Shown: positions 39,318 through 48,981, counted from the stretch's first letter. The stretch: 58,970 bases of DNA from an uncultured Salinivenus sp. (GCA_964462965.1 CAYXAD010000001.1:1-58970), one strand, 5' to 3'. Notes: a model not told the origin generated them from the letters alone. Translations and numbers: made by a program.

Positions 39318-39431
39318 CAGGAAAAATCTTGCAACCTGTTGTTGTGCATTCTTAGCGCCGATGAGGCCTGCCACTTCTTCGAATGTACTGCCTTTCAAAA
39401 GAAGGATCGTGCGTGGATGGGAAGGTAGAGG

Positions 39432-40628
39432 CTACAACCCCGCGGCCACCAGGCCGATGAGCCAGCTACACCCGAGGGCGGCGTAGATCCCGAGGATGTA
39501 TCCGGCCACGCCCATCAGCAGGCCGACAGGGGCCATGGCCGGCAGATAGACGCCGGCGACGATGGGAGCACTGGCAGCACCCCCGACGTTGGCCATGCTT
39601 CCCGTGGCGACGAAGAACAGGGGGGCTCGGGCCAGACGTGCCGCCATGAGGAGGAAGGCGATGTGAATGGCAATCCAGAGAACCCCGGCAAGCAGATAGA
39701 GGGGCACGTCGAGCACCGCAGCCAGATCGGCCTTGGCTCCAATCGACGTCAGAAGGAGATAGAGCGCAAAGTAGCCGACGCGAGAGGCGCCGACCTCTTC
39801 CATCGACTGTAGGGGCGTAAAAGAGAGGAGGAGCCCGAAGGTGACTACGAGGAGAATGGCCCAGGTGCCCGTGCTAATGATCGTGGGATCCCCGAACTCC
39901 GGGAGGGAAGCGCCGAGGGCTTCTGCGCCGACCGTCGCCGCAAGGGCAAGGCCGATCATTACGGACAGGTCCCGCAACGTCACCGGACGGCGATTGTCTT
40001 CTGCATTTTTCATCTGTTCATTGAGGCGATCCATGGCGGACGTATCCGCCTTGATCCAGCGGTCGAACCGATCCTGGTAGGCGCTGAGGAAGATGAGAAC
40101 GCCCATCCAGCCGTAACCGGCCACCACATCGACCACCAGCAGTGGGCCGAGCGTGCTGTCCGGGGTCCCGACGCTCTGCTTCATGGCCATCATGTTTGCC
40201 GTGCCGCCGATCCAGCTCCCCGAGAGGGCCGCGAACCCCTTCCAGGCCACTGGATCCTCGAAGAAGGAGCCGAAGAGGCCAAAGACAATCGGTCCCCCAA
40301 CGACGATTCCGAGCGTCCCTGCACACATCATGAACAGGGCCATCGGGCCGAGGCGGAGAATGGCCTTGAGGTCGACCGTAATCATGAGGAGGAAAAGCGA
40401 AAAAGGGAGGAGGTAGGTGGACATCCAGTCATAGACAGGACTTTCGGCAGGAGTGATGCCGAGCGTCGTGCACAGCATGGGGACGAAGTACGCCCAGATG
40501 ACCGGAGGGAGGTATTTGAAGACCGGTTCGAAGGCCGAAAAAGAATTCAGCCAAAAAACGAATCCCAGGATGGCACAAAAGAGGGCAATGAGCGCCATCG
40601 ATCCAGTAATGAGGGGGGAGGTGAACAA
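39432..40628 (-). CDS. DUF819 family membrane protein (putative transporter)
   Basis: About 11 TM helices; GSWIGGTANM and GSMANVGGAASAP repeats are typical of DUF819. Start TTG 40628 or ATG 40598. Confidence 0.88.
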   Translation of the reverse strand: MFTSPLITGSMALIALFCAILGFVFWLNSFSAFEPVFKYLPPVIWAYFVPMLCTTLGITPAESPVYDWMSTYLLPFSLFLLMITVDLKAILRLGPMALFMMCAGTLGIVVGGPIVFGLFGSFFEDPVAWKGFAALSGSWIGGTANMMAMKQSVGTPDSTLGPLLVVDVVAGYGWMGVLIFLSAYQDRFDRWIKADTSAMDRLNEQMKNAEDNRRPVTLRDLSVMIGLALAATVGAEALGASLPEFGDPTIISTGTWAILLVVTFGLLLSFTPLQSMEEVGASRVGYFALYLLLTSIGAKADLAAVLDVPLYLLAGVLWIAIHIAFLLMAARLARAPLFFVATGSMANVGGAASAPIVAGVYLPAMAPVGLLMGVAGYILGIYAALGCSWLIGLVAAGL

Positions 40629-40852
40629 GAGACGTCGAAGCGATGGATGAAGAAGGGAGACGAAAATCCACCTACAACCTGGCTTATTGGACGGAAACGG
40701 TCAACTATCACTGCGATCACTCCCCCCTATGGACCGAGGGCGGCTCGGGGTTGAATCGAGAGCTCGATTCGTGCATTGTATCCGAGACCGGGTCGGCGCA
40801 TCTCCGGTGGAAGCGATCCTCTTACATCTACTGAGTCTTTCCTCCACGCTCC

Positions 40853-41578
40853 ATGCAGTCCCTGTACGTTCTCTATCTCGACCGGCACCACCTAGGCGAT
40901 GGTCTCTTTTTGAAGTCCTTGGCGCAGCACATGGCGTCCGCGCAAGGGGAGGGGCCGGCTTGTCTGCTCGTTCACGGAAGTGGAGAAAAGGTCGAGCGGA
41001 CCCTGGAAGCTCAGGGTCACTTTCCGGAGCGGGAGAAGGGAGTACTCAAAATCGACGGAGAAGATCAGCGTCGTCTTGTGGAGCGGGCGGTTCGGGAAAT
41101 GAATCAGGAGATCGTCGCAACCCTCACGGACGAGGTCGTCTCTACCGTTGGGATTCAAGGCGTGGACCGAGGGCTCTTCCAGCAACCGGAGGATGGAGTC
41201 ATCCGAGCCGAAAACGCAGGGTGGGTGTCTGCGCTTCTGAAGCAGCACGTCGTGCCTGTGGTCTCGGCACTCGTGGAGGATCCCTCGTCGGGACGCGTGC
41301 GTGAATTTTGGGGAGTGGAAGCGGTCGTGGCGATTGCTGAAGCGTTGGCACCGTCCTTTGATCCGGTAGCGTGTCTCCTTACCACCACGGATCGTGCGGG
41401 ACTTTCAGCCCGGGGATCCGTTCAGGAAGAGATGGCCGTGGAGGCGATCCCCGACGATGCTGTGCCGGAGCCCACTGCCGTGCGGTACCTGTCTGAATCA
41501 AATATGCCTCTCCTCGTGACGACCCTGCAGGGCTTATTCAGCGACGAAGGGCCGAAGGGCACCTTCATCCGCTCCTAA
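40853..41578 (+). CDS. Amino-acid-kinase-fold (ArgB-like) protein with a degenerate active site
   Basis: LLVHGSG, N.EIV..L, VG..G.DRGL, LL....VPVVS.L, .A.AL, GT.I. The N-terminal KxGG motif is absent. Confidence 0.65.
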   Translation: MQSLYVLYLDRHHLGDGLFLKSLAQHMASAQGEGPACLLVHGSGEKVERTLEAQGHFPEREKGVLKIDGEDQRRLVERAVREMNQEIVATLTDEVVSTVGIQGVDRGLFQQPEDGVIRAENAGWVSALLKQHVVPVVSALVEDPSSGRVREFWGVEAVVAIAEALAPSFDPVACLLTTTDRAGLSARGSVQEEMAVEAIPDDAVPEPTAVRYLSESNMPLLVTTLQGLFSDEGPKGTFIRS

Positions 41579-41762
41579 AGGCCTGCGAGGGGATGTTTAC
41601 GCCTCTACAAGGGGACACCTTCCTGAACCTGTTACTTTTCGGCCTCTGGGGTTTCAGATGAGGGATGGTTTTAATCCGGTGTCAACGCCCACGTCGTCCT
41701 TGAACCTTTTGGCAAATTACGCTCGATGGCCCATCTTGACCCTTCTCCCTCTAACATCCGGC

Positions 41763-41791
41763 TTGACAGCGGCTCAGGGGCATATTATGTT
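41763..41791 (+). promoter_or_regulatory. Sigma70-like promoter of the Hc1-like gene
   Basis: TTGACA (41763-41768)-N17-TATGTT (41786-41791); GGAGG RBS before ATG 41842. Confidence 0.6.
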
Positions 41792-41841
41792 CTCTTCACG
41801 CTTAAGAGTTTTGCTATCATAAGATTAACGGAGGCAATCGC

Positions 41842-42033
41842 ATGAGCACATTCGAAGAACGCTACAGTCAACTCACCGACCTTATCGATGGAGCTGAAGA
41901 GGATCTCATGAAGTTCTATGAGAAGGGCAACAAGGCCGCTGGCACTCGAGCCCGGAAGAGTCTAATGGAGTTGAAGAAACTTGCCCATGAGATCCGTCAA
42001 GAGATCCAGGATATCAAGAACAACGAGCTGTAA
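41842..42033 (+). CDS. Histone H1-like (Hc1 N-terminal family) small protein
   Basis: E.D..KFYEKGNKAAGTRARKSL.ELKKLA..IR signature; strong RBS. Confidence 0.88.
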   Translation: MSTFEERYSQLTDLIDGAEEDLMKFYEKGNKAAGTRARKSLMELKKLAHEIRQEIQDIKNNEL

Positions 42034-42220
42034 GGGTCCAAGCACGTTCGTTCTCTCATCGTTCGTTTCCCCCGCTAACTTCTTCCTTGCAAAAAGGGGG
42101 GGCGTGGGAGTTTTCAGAAATGGTACGGGCCTTCTTTTCCGGTCCCCTGCTGCCAGTACGAGTATGGGGCTCCCACAAGGACGAAGCACTTTCACTGAGG
42201 AGCTTGCCTCCTCTGGATCC

Positions 42221-42262
42221 AAGGGCTATGTCGGTAGGGGCATAGCCTTTTTTCTTTCTTTT
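42221..42262 (+). terminator. Rho-independent terminator
   Basis: AAGGGCTATGTC-loop-GGCATAGCCTTT followed by a long T-tract. Confidence 0.8.
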
Positions 42263-42454
42263 GGTTTGCGAAAGGGGCCTCGTAGGAGTTTGCGGAGCGA
42301 ATTTTGCCCATCCCATAGATGTGTTTCCTGGTCGTACAGACGGCGTTGCATACGGGCTGCGCCTTTATGATATGAGCGGTTATGACGTATGTCGACCCAG
42401 AAGAAGAATGCTTCGTGTATGAGAGCGGCCTGGGTCCTCGATCTTTTCCAATAG

Positions 42455-43507
42455 TTGACTCCCTACCTGCCGCAGTGGACTCTCCGCTGTCGGTTCATAG
42501 AATTTATCCGATTGGGTGCTTCACTGGTGTTGTTGTTTCGAACGTTTTTACGTCTCGTCCTGCTGGTTTTTCTCGTTTGCCCTGGGGTCCTGTCGGCACA
42601 GACGACCGGGACCTTTCCCTCTCCGCCCGATCCCGATGACGTTGGGCCTTCCTCCGACTCTGTAGAAACCCGCTGGAGTTACGAAACGATTGGGAAGTTT
42701 TCGTTTTCCCAGGCTGCCTACAAGGACTGGAAAGAGGGCGGAGGAGTAAACTCGTTGGCGTTTACTACGAGCCTAGGCGGCACCGCAGAGCGGGGAGGAG
42801 AACACTGGGCGCAGTCACACGAGCTCCGGCTCGTCCTCGGGTTTCTGAATCAGGAAAATCGAGACCTTCGGAAGTCTGAGGATCTGATTCGTCTTCAGTC
42901 GGCTCTGCGATACCAGGGAAGTGACTTCTTTCGAGTCTTTAACCCCACCTTGGCGGGCAACCTGCGGACTCAATTTGCGTCCGGGTTTAACTATTCTAGC
43001 AATCCGTATCCTGAGCCGGGAGAAAACCCGGCGTATCCCGTCGGGCATCCGAAGGCCGACGAAGAGCCTCCGGTACAAACGTCCGCGTTTTTTGCCCCGG
43101 CGACGCTCACGGAGTCGCTCGGACTCACGTATGAGCCAACGGATGCATTTCAAATGCGTATCGGAGGGGCTTCAAAACAGACGGTGGTCGTCGAGCCGCA
43201 TTACCGAGTCATATATGGCGTCGACCGAGACAACGTGGCCCGCGTGGAAGCGGGCACCGAGTTTGCCTCGTCTCTAGACTATCGGGTCATGGAAGATGTC
43301 CGGTATCGCGGGCGTCTCAATGTCTTCTTCTCCTTCAATCAGACCGAGAACCCGCCCGACATGATCTGGGAGAACGTCGTAAACCTGCAGGTGAATGATT
43401 GGCTGAGCACAGACCTCGAGTTTGTGGCGCTCTACGACCATAACACGACGCGAGCCATTCAACTGAAGGAGGTCATCTCGGTGGGCATTTCCTTTTCTCT
43501 GCTCTAG
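42455..43507 (+). CDS. DUF3078 outer-membrane beta-barrel protein
   Basis: FSQ..Y.DW..GG.NSL, RKSEDLI, LRTQFA.GF.Y, S.FFAP..LTESLG, WEN...LQVN, YD, Q.KE..S.G. True start probably further downstream (~42527). Confidence 0.85.
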   Translation: MTPYLPQWTLRCRFIEFIRLGASLVLLFRTFLRLVLLVFLVCPGVLSAQTTGTFPSPPDPDDVGPSSDSVETRWSYETIGKFSFSQAAYKDWKEGGGVNSLAFTTSLGGTAERGGEHWAQSHELRLVLGFLNQENRDLRKSEDLIRLQSALRYQGSDFFRVFNPTLAGNLRTQFASGFNYSSNPYPEPGENPAYPVGHPKADEEPPVQTSAFFAPATLTESLGLTYEPTDAFQMRIGGASKQTVVVEPHYRVIYGVDRDNVARVEAGTEFASSLDYRVMEDVRYRGRLNVFFSFNQTENPPDMIWENVVNLQVNDWLSTDLEFVALYDHNTTRAIQLKEVISVGISFSLL

Positions 43508-43523
43508 GAATGCCATCTCTGCC

Positions 43524-45791
43524 ATGCGTCGCGTTTACGGTGTGTACCTCGGGCTGGGGCTTTGTCTCTGGCCGGTTCCCCTGCTAAATGTGTTACAGGC
43601 GGAAGCCGCGGCGGTCGTGGCGCTGGCCGCGTTCTTTATAAGCGGAATTACCTCGATCGGCGCTCTTCAACGGGGCGCGTCTGTTGTAACAGTGCTCGGT
43701 CGTCAGGAAGCCGCATTGCTCCTTCCCCTGGGCCTGCTGACGATTGCTCAGCTCTGGGCGCCCAACTGCACCTTCGGACAGGGGCTCCTCTTCTACGGGT
43801 TGTTTCCGGGCATAACGGTCATCTTTTCGGTGGCGCTCGCGTATGTGTTGGACGGATTCGATCTCCGGCGTCCCCGGACGGTCCTCGCTGGAATCGGAGT
43901 CCTACTCATCGTGGCCGGTCCGGTGTATGACCTGGGATTCCACCCTCAGTTTTACACCTACAACCACGTGTTCGGGGGAATTCTGGGGCCAATCTACGAC
44001 GAACAACTCGCGGTGCGATCAGGACTGTTTGTGTTTCGGGGGCTGACCCTCCTTTGGGCAGGGGCCGCCTTCCTTCTGGGGATGCGCCTCCGGGGGAGAG
44101 GGCCTCGATGGGCGTTGCCTCTCTGTGCATTGGCTATTGGGGGCATTTATGCCTTTGCCGGCCCGCTCGGGATCAATACCACGGAAGGGGTGCTCCAGTC
44201 TCACCTCGAGGGGCACGTCCAGACCGCTCACTTCGACATCTACTATGATTCGGAACGCCTCGATCGTGCCGAGGCGCAAGATCTGGCCAAGGCCCACGAA
44301 GATCGTTATGCCTGGCTTGAGCGACGGTTGGACGTTCGTACGACCCAGGCCCCTTCTCGCATACAAAGCTACATCTACCCAAATCCAGACGTAAAGGGGC
44401 GTCTCACGGGGGCGAGAACGACCAGTGTGTCTCCCGTCTGGCTGTCCCAGCCCCAGGTGCACCTGCTGAGGGAGCGTGTCGCTTCCAGTCTGGGACACGA
44501 GCTTGCTCACGTCTTCAGTCGTCCCTATGGTCTTCCCGGCCTCCAATCCTCTTGGGCGCCCGGCTTGGTCGAAGGATGGGCCGTGGCGCTGGAGCCTCCC
44601 AGTGCCGAGCCCTCTCCACATGACCTGGTGGTTACGGGAATGGCGTCCGATACCGCCTCGACCCTGCGGTCGGCGGCTGACGCGGTGGCGGATCGCCTTT
44701 CGCCCTGGGGGTTCTGGACGGCGCGCGGAGGGGTTTCGTATGCCACCATGGGCTCATTCGTGCGCTACCTGCTCGACGAATACGGGGCCGAACGACTAAA
44801 ACAGGTGTACGCCCAGGGCAATTTTCAGGCGGTGTATGGGCATTCCCTCGAACACCTGGCGGCGGAGTGGGCGCGCCGGCTGGCGAAGCGCCCCGTGGTT
44901 GCATCGGCGGCCCACGATGTGGTTGCACGGGTCTTTACCCGTCCTTCCTTGTTCGAGGTCGAGTGCCCCCACTACGTTCCGCCGCATCGGCGGCACCTTC
45001 AGAACGCGCAGCGGGCCGCTCGCCGGCGGGACACTGTTCAGATGAAGCGCCACCTTCACCGGGCGTTGCGACACGAACCTCAATATGCGGCTGCACACCG
45101 CTCCCTTGCGCGGCTCCGGCTGGCACAGGGGAAGACGGCAGCGGTTCTACAACAACTCGACAGCCTCTCGGAGGAGACGCGAACCGCCGGCCTTCGAGTG
45201 GCGTTGGCTGATGCGTACGTATTGAGCGAGGCCCCCACGCAGGCTCGCTCTCTATACGTCGAGGCCCTAGCTCACGTCCCGTCGTACGCCCCCGAGACGC
45301 AGGTCCAGCTTCTTCTCCGAGAGGCGGTGGCCGACCGTCCCGAGGCGGTGCGCATTCTCGTGAGTGGCGATTCGGCACACGTGCAGGCCCGTCGCCTCGC
45401 CGGCCTCGAGAAGCGCGGCGATGCCATCGAGGCATGGCGAGGCGTCCGGCTGATGGAGGCCCGATCGTATGACGCAGCCTTCGACGTGTGGCAGCGTCAG
45501 CTGACGCCCGTACGAAACCAGCGCCCCCAGGGATGGCATCGGGTGTGGGCCTTGCAACAGACCGCCTGGCAAGCAAAGGCCGCAGAGCATACGGGCCGCT
45601 GGCGAGAGGCGCGGCAGTTGGCTCTTGAAGCCGCCCAACAGGCCCGACGTCTCGGAGATCGAAACCGAGCGGCCGTCTTTGAGTGGTGGGCGGAGCGCAC
45701 TGCTCCACAGATCAATGCGGCTGCCGCTGGATCCAGAGAGAAGAAAATCCAGGAGGAAGAGGGAGAACCACGTGGCGGCTCATCCGGTTGA
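43524..45791 (+). CDS. Multi-TM membrane protein with a gluzincin (HExxH...E) peptidase domain and TPR-like tail
   Basis: About 7 N-terminal TM segments; T.HFDIYY, LGHELAHVF, GLVEGWAVAL, Y...GSFVRYL...YG. Confidence 0.7.
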   Translation: MRRVYGVYLGLGLCLWPVPLLNVLQAEAAAVVALAAFFISGITSIGALQRGASVVTVLGRQEAALLLPLGLLTIAQLWAPNCTFGQGLLFYGLFPGITVIFSVALAYVLDGFDLRRPRTVLAGIGVLLIVAGPVYDLGFHPQFYTYNHVFGGILGPIYDEQLAVRSGLFVFRGLTLLWAGAAFLLGMRLRGRGPRWALPLCALAIGGIYAFAGPLGINTTEGVLQSHLEGHVQTAHFDIYYDSERLDRAEAQDLAKAHEDRYAWLERRLDVRTTQAPSRIQSYIYPNPDVKGRLTGARTTSVSPVWLSQPQVHLLRERVASSLGHELAHVFSRPYGLPGLQSSWAPGLVEGWAVALEPPSAEPSPHDLVVTGMASDTASTLRSAADAVADRLSPWGFWTARGGVSYATMGSFVRYLLDEYGAERLKQVYAQGNFQAVYGHSLEHLAAEWARRLAKRPVVASAAHDVVARVFTRPSLFEVECPHYVPPHRRHLQNAQRAARRRDTVQMKRHLHRALRHEPQYAAAHRSLARLRLAQGKTAAVLQQLDSLSEETRTAGLRVALADAYVLSEAPTQARSLYVEALAHVPSYAPETQVQLLLREAVADRPEAVRILVSGDSAHVQARRLAGLEKRGDAIEAWRGVRLMEARSYDAAFDVWQRQLTPVRNQRPQGWHRVWALQQTAWQAKAAEHTGRWREARQLALEAAQQARRLGDRNRAAVFEWWAERTAPQINAAAAGSREKKIQEEEGEPRGGSSG

Positions 45792-45875
45792 GTCTGCAAG
45801 AGACATTTGGGGCTTTCCATACGCTCCTGAATAGACCTGGTCCCTCGCTTCCTGTTCGTTGTCGTTCCTGATTGC

Positions 45876-47180
45876 ATGCGTATTCCTTTCTGCCGATTGA
45901 TTTTCCTCCTACTCTGTGGAGGAATGTTGATCTTCTCAATCGGATGCAAATCCTCGGAGGAAGCCGAGGAATCCTCTTCTTCGTCCTCGTCCGTTCGGGA
46001 TGCGGCCCCGGACCTTGCTTCGCCGAGCGAGGACGTACGGACCATCCAGCTGTATCGTGGAGAGGATGAACGGCAGCTCCCCGTCACCTCCTTGCAAGGG
46101 GGAGATCCTCTCACACTAGAGTTCGATCTGATGGAAAAGCAGGGCCGCCCGCTTTCAATCTCTTTCCATCATGCGGACCGCAGGTGGCAGCGGGATTTGT
46201 CGGCGAGTGAAGCGATGGAGTCCTTTCAGGACGACAATCTCGTCGACTATCGAGCATCGCGGGGGACGGATGTCCCGTATGTGCACTACACGTACCGCTT
46301 CCCGAATGATGACATTCGCTTTCGGGTGAGTGGAAATTTTGTGGTACGCGTGACCGAGCGAGGCCGTCGGGATTCGGTTCTTTTTGAAAAGGCATTCTTT
46401 GTCACCGAGGGGGAAGGAGGACTTCAGATCGGAGCGGAGACGTTTGTCGTTCCGGATCAGCGACAACCTTCTGTGCAGCCCATCGCCCGCTACGATCCGC
46501 CTACGTCCTTACCGGGAGACCCCTTCGGGTACAGCGTTTGTTTTGTGCGCAACGGGCGTCTATCTGACGGGCGCTGTGACGAGCGTCCTCGCCTGATGGA
46601 CCAGCCGCAGCTCAGATTTGAGCTGGATCGACGGCAGTCCTTTTCCCCTACTACCGCCGACTACGCACTCGACCTGGGAGCCCTCGAGCGGGCCTCAAAA
46701 ATTGAGCGAATGGATCGGACGGTATCCCCGATTCAGGTGTTGCTTGCTCCCGACTATGCGCGATTTGAAGACGCCGCTCCGGGACAACCCCTCAACGGTC
46801 AGATCGTCGTCCGGAATGCGCTTCAGAGTCAGGCCGATCCTGCACTCACTGCTGAGTACGTGCGGACGACCTTTGCCTTTGTCCCTCCGGATGCGCAGCC
46901 GTACTCCGACGAGGTGACCGTAGCCGGTAGTTTTAGCGGGATGAACCCCGCCCGCGGCACCTATATGGAATGGGTTGATACTCGCGATCGGTACGAGGGT
47001 GAGGTGCTGCTCAAACAGGGTCTGTATCAGTACTTTTATTCGACCCCCGACCCGTCCCTCCAGCAAGAGATTCGCCGAAGCCGTCCTCGTACCAGCAGTA
47101 CCTACATGGCCTTTGTGTACTACCGGGATTCGAGCCGGAATACCGATCGACTGCTACAGGTCAAAGGTTTCTCCCGATAA
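45876..47180 (+). CDS. Type IX secretion system plug protein (DUF5103), lipoprotein
   Basis: IGC lipobox; VRTIQLY, PV..L....LTLEFD, H.D..W, YVHY.Y.FPN.....SGN, LLKQG.Y.Y.Y, VYYR...DRL. Confidence 0.8.
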   Translation: MRIPFCRLIFLLLCGGMLIFSIGCKSSEEAEESSSSSSSVRDAAPDLASPSEDVRTIQLYRGEDERQLPVTSLQGGDPLTLEFDLMEKQGRPLSISFHHADRRWQRDLSASEAMESFQDDNLVDYRASRGTDVPYVHYTYRFPNDDIRFRVSGNFVVRVTERGRRDSVLFEKAFFVTEGEGGLQIGAETFVVPDQRQPSVQPIARYDPPTSLPGDPFGYSVCFVRNGRLSDGRCDERPRLMDQPQLRFELDRRQSFSPTTADYALDLGALERASKIERMDRTVSPIQVLLAPDYARFEDAAPGQPLNGQIVVRNALQSQADPALTAEYVRTTFAFVPPDAQPYSDEVTVAGSFSGMNPARGTYMEWVDTRDRYEGEVLLKQGLYQYFYSTPDPSLQQEIRRSRPRTSSTYMAFVYYRDSSRNTDRLLQVKGFSR

Positions 47181-47213
47181 TCGGGCCTGGCCCCAAATAA
47201 TCTGATCCCAAAT

Positions 47214-47255
47214 AAAAAAAAGCGCCTCATCCCTTGCGGAATGAGACGCTTTTTT
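47214..47255. terminator. Bidirectional Rho-independent terminator
   Basis: A8-GCGCCTCAT...ATGAGACGC-T6 between the convergent plug and csp genes. Confidence 0.9.
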
Positions 47256-47274
47256 CGGAATGGCTCTCGGACGT

Positions 47275-47490
47275 TTAGCCAATGACGACGACGTCCTGAG
47301 CATTGGGTCCTTTGTCGGTGTGGCCGACTGTGAACTCTACTCGGTCATTCTCATCGAGGCTCTTAAAGCCATCGGTGTCAATTTCACTGTAGTGGACGAA
47401 GAGATCCTCGCCGCCTTCTTCGGGGACGATGAATCCGTAGCCCTTTTCGTTGCTGAACCACTTAACGGTTCCGGTTTTGCGCTCTGCCAT
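47275..47490 (-). CDS. Cold-shock protein (CspA family)
   Basis: [16 protein letters not shown] (RNP1), DLFVHYS (RNP2), GFKSL, KGPNA. Confidence 0.97.
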   Translation of the reverse strand: MAERKTGTVKWFSNEKGYGFIVPEEGGEDLFVHYSEIDTDGFKSLDENDRVEFTVGHTDKGPNAQDVVVIG

Positions 47491-47605
47491 GGTGCTGCGA
47501 TGATGTTTCCAAAATGAGAACAAGTGCTACGCGGCAGAGCAACCGTTCTCTCTCACACACGCCGGATGGAGTGAGTTCAAGATCTTGATCTGCCACATTT
47601 GGTAT

Positions 47606-47634
47606 ATTTTACATTATCAATTCCCCTTTGTCAA
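47606..47634 (-). promoter_or_regulatory. Near-consensus sigma70 promoter of csp
   Basis: Minus strand TTGACA (47634-47629)-N17-TAAAAT (47611-47606), implying a ~110-nt 5' UTR. Confidence 0.75.
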
Positions 47635-47784
47635 GTTCTTGGTGTATCCTTTATCAAGAGGAAGGAAAATATGAGGATGCTGGTAGAGCTGCTAATGGGA
47701 GAAGAAGAGAACATTCGTTGAGCACTAAGGTAGATTTGCTCGTCGTCAATCATGAGGAGGAGTTGAGTCTCATCATTCACCGAT

Positions 47785-48849
47785 ATGCCTTTTGCTCTCA
47801 CCAGTCTTGTTGACGATTCGCCGACCTTTCGGTCGCATAGCGAAGTGCGCGAAGCAATTGAATCTGCCTGTCGTCAACATCCTGACGTCGCTTCTTACCA
47901 AGAGATCGGAGAGAGTGAAGGCGGGAGGAAGGTATATGGGGTCGTGCTCGGCACCGGAGCACAGGCGGTTAGCCTCATCGCCGGCAATCACGCCGACGAA
48001 CCGGTAGGTCCCGAGACCCTACGCTCTTTTGTGCTCAACGGGCTGTCGAATCGTCACAAGATGGCACCGTGGTTTCGGCGGTTCCGCTTTGTAATCGTTC
48101 CCCATACGAATCCAGACGGAGAGGATCGAAATCGCCCCTGGATCGAGCAGTGGCCGGATCCGGAGGCGTACCTTCGTCATGCGGTTCGCGAAAAGCCGGG
48201 TCGGGATGTGGAGTTCGGTTTTCCGGCCATGCGGACGGAGAACGAGCTCGTATCGGACTTTTTGCGGGAGCACGCCCCCTACGCGTTTCATGCGAGCCTC
48301 CATGGAATGTCGGCCGGGGAAGGGGCGTTGCTCTTGATTAATCGACCCTGGACGTTTCGAACGCAGTCTCTTCGGGATCGGTTTGTGCAGGCCGCGGCCG
48401 CACACGGACTGCGGATGCACGACCACAATCGGAAGGGGGAAAAGGGGTTTTTCTGGATTGAACCGGGATTCCAAACCACGCCGCGGGGAGACGCGATGCG
48501 GACCTATTTTCATGCCCAGGACGATCCGGCGACCGCGCAAAAATTCCATCAGAGCTCGATGGAGTTTGTGGCGTCTCTCGGAGGAGATCCCCTCTCCATT
48601 GTCACCGAACTGCCCTTGTTCGTCGTTCGCAACGAGGATCCAACCCCGGGACAACCGGCCAAGTACCTTGAGCTCCGGCAGCGGCTTCCCGAGGTTCGGG
48701 CTCGACTGGCTCGAGACGAACCGGTGGAAGATTTGCTTGCTCCCTTTGATCTACGTCCCCTCCCTCTGGATACGGCCATGCGTCTTCAGTTTCGAGCCCT
48801 CGAGCTGGGACTGCACGCCATTGCCCCGGAAGGGGGAAGCAAAGGGTGA
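47785..48849 (+). CDS. M14-family zinc carboxypeptidase/amidase
   Basis: IG.SEGGR, AGNHADEPVG (HxxE), VP..NPDG, SLHG. Confidence 0.85.
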   Translation: MPFALTSLVDDSPTFRSHSEVREAIESACRQHPDVASYQEIGESEGGRKVYGVVLGTGAQAVSLIAGNHADEPVGPETLRSFVLNGLSNRHKMAPWFRRFRFVIVPHTNPDGEDRNRPWIEQWPDPEAYLRHAVREKPGRDVEFGFPAMRTENELVSDFLREHAPYAFHASLHGMSAGEGALLLINRPWTFRTQSLRDRFVQAAAAHGLRMHDHNRKGEKGFFWIEPGFQTTPRGDAMRTYFHAQDDPATAQKFHQSSMEFVASLGGDPLSIVTELPLFVVRNEDPTPGQPAKYLELRQRLPEVRARLARDEPVEDLLAPFDLRPLPLDTAMRLQFRALELGLHAIAPEGGSKG

Positions 48850-48981
48850 CCCTCGGACATAGGTGGGGACAGAGAAGGCCGGGGCGACTCTACGTCACTC
48901 AAGGGGCATCGCGATTCAGCGCGAAAACGCATCCGTTATGACGAGCGGAAAAGATCCATTGGGGGCGACATGGACTGCTGG

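Noticed and set aside
39040-39486. 148-aa ORF in the dnaE upstream gap
   Set aside because: TTG start, basic and Cys-rich composition unlike this proteome, and it overlaps the DUF819 end; the gap is better explained by promoters or RNA.
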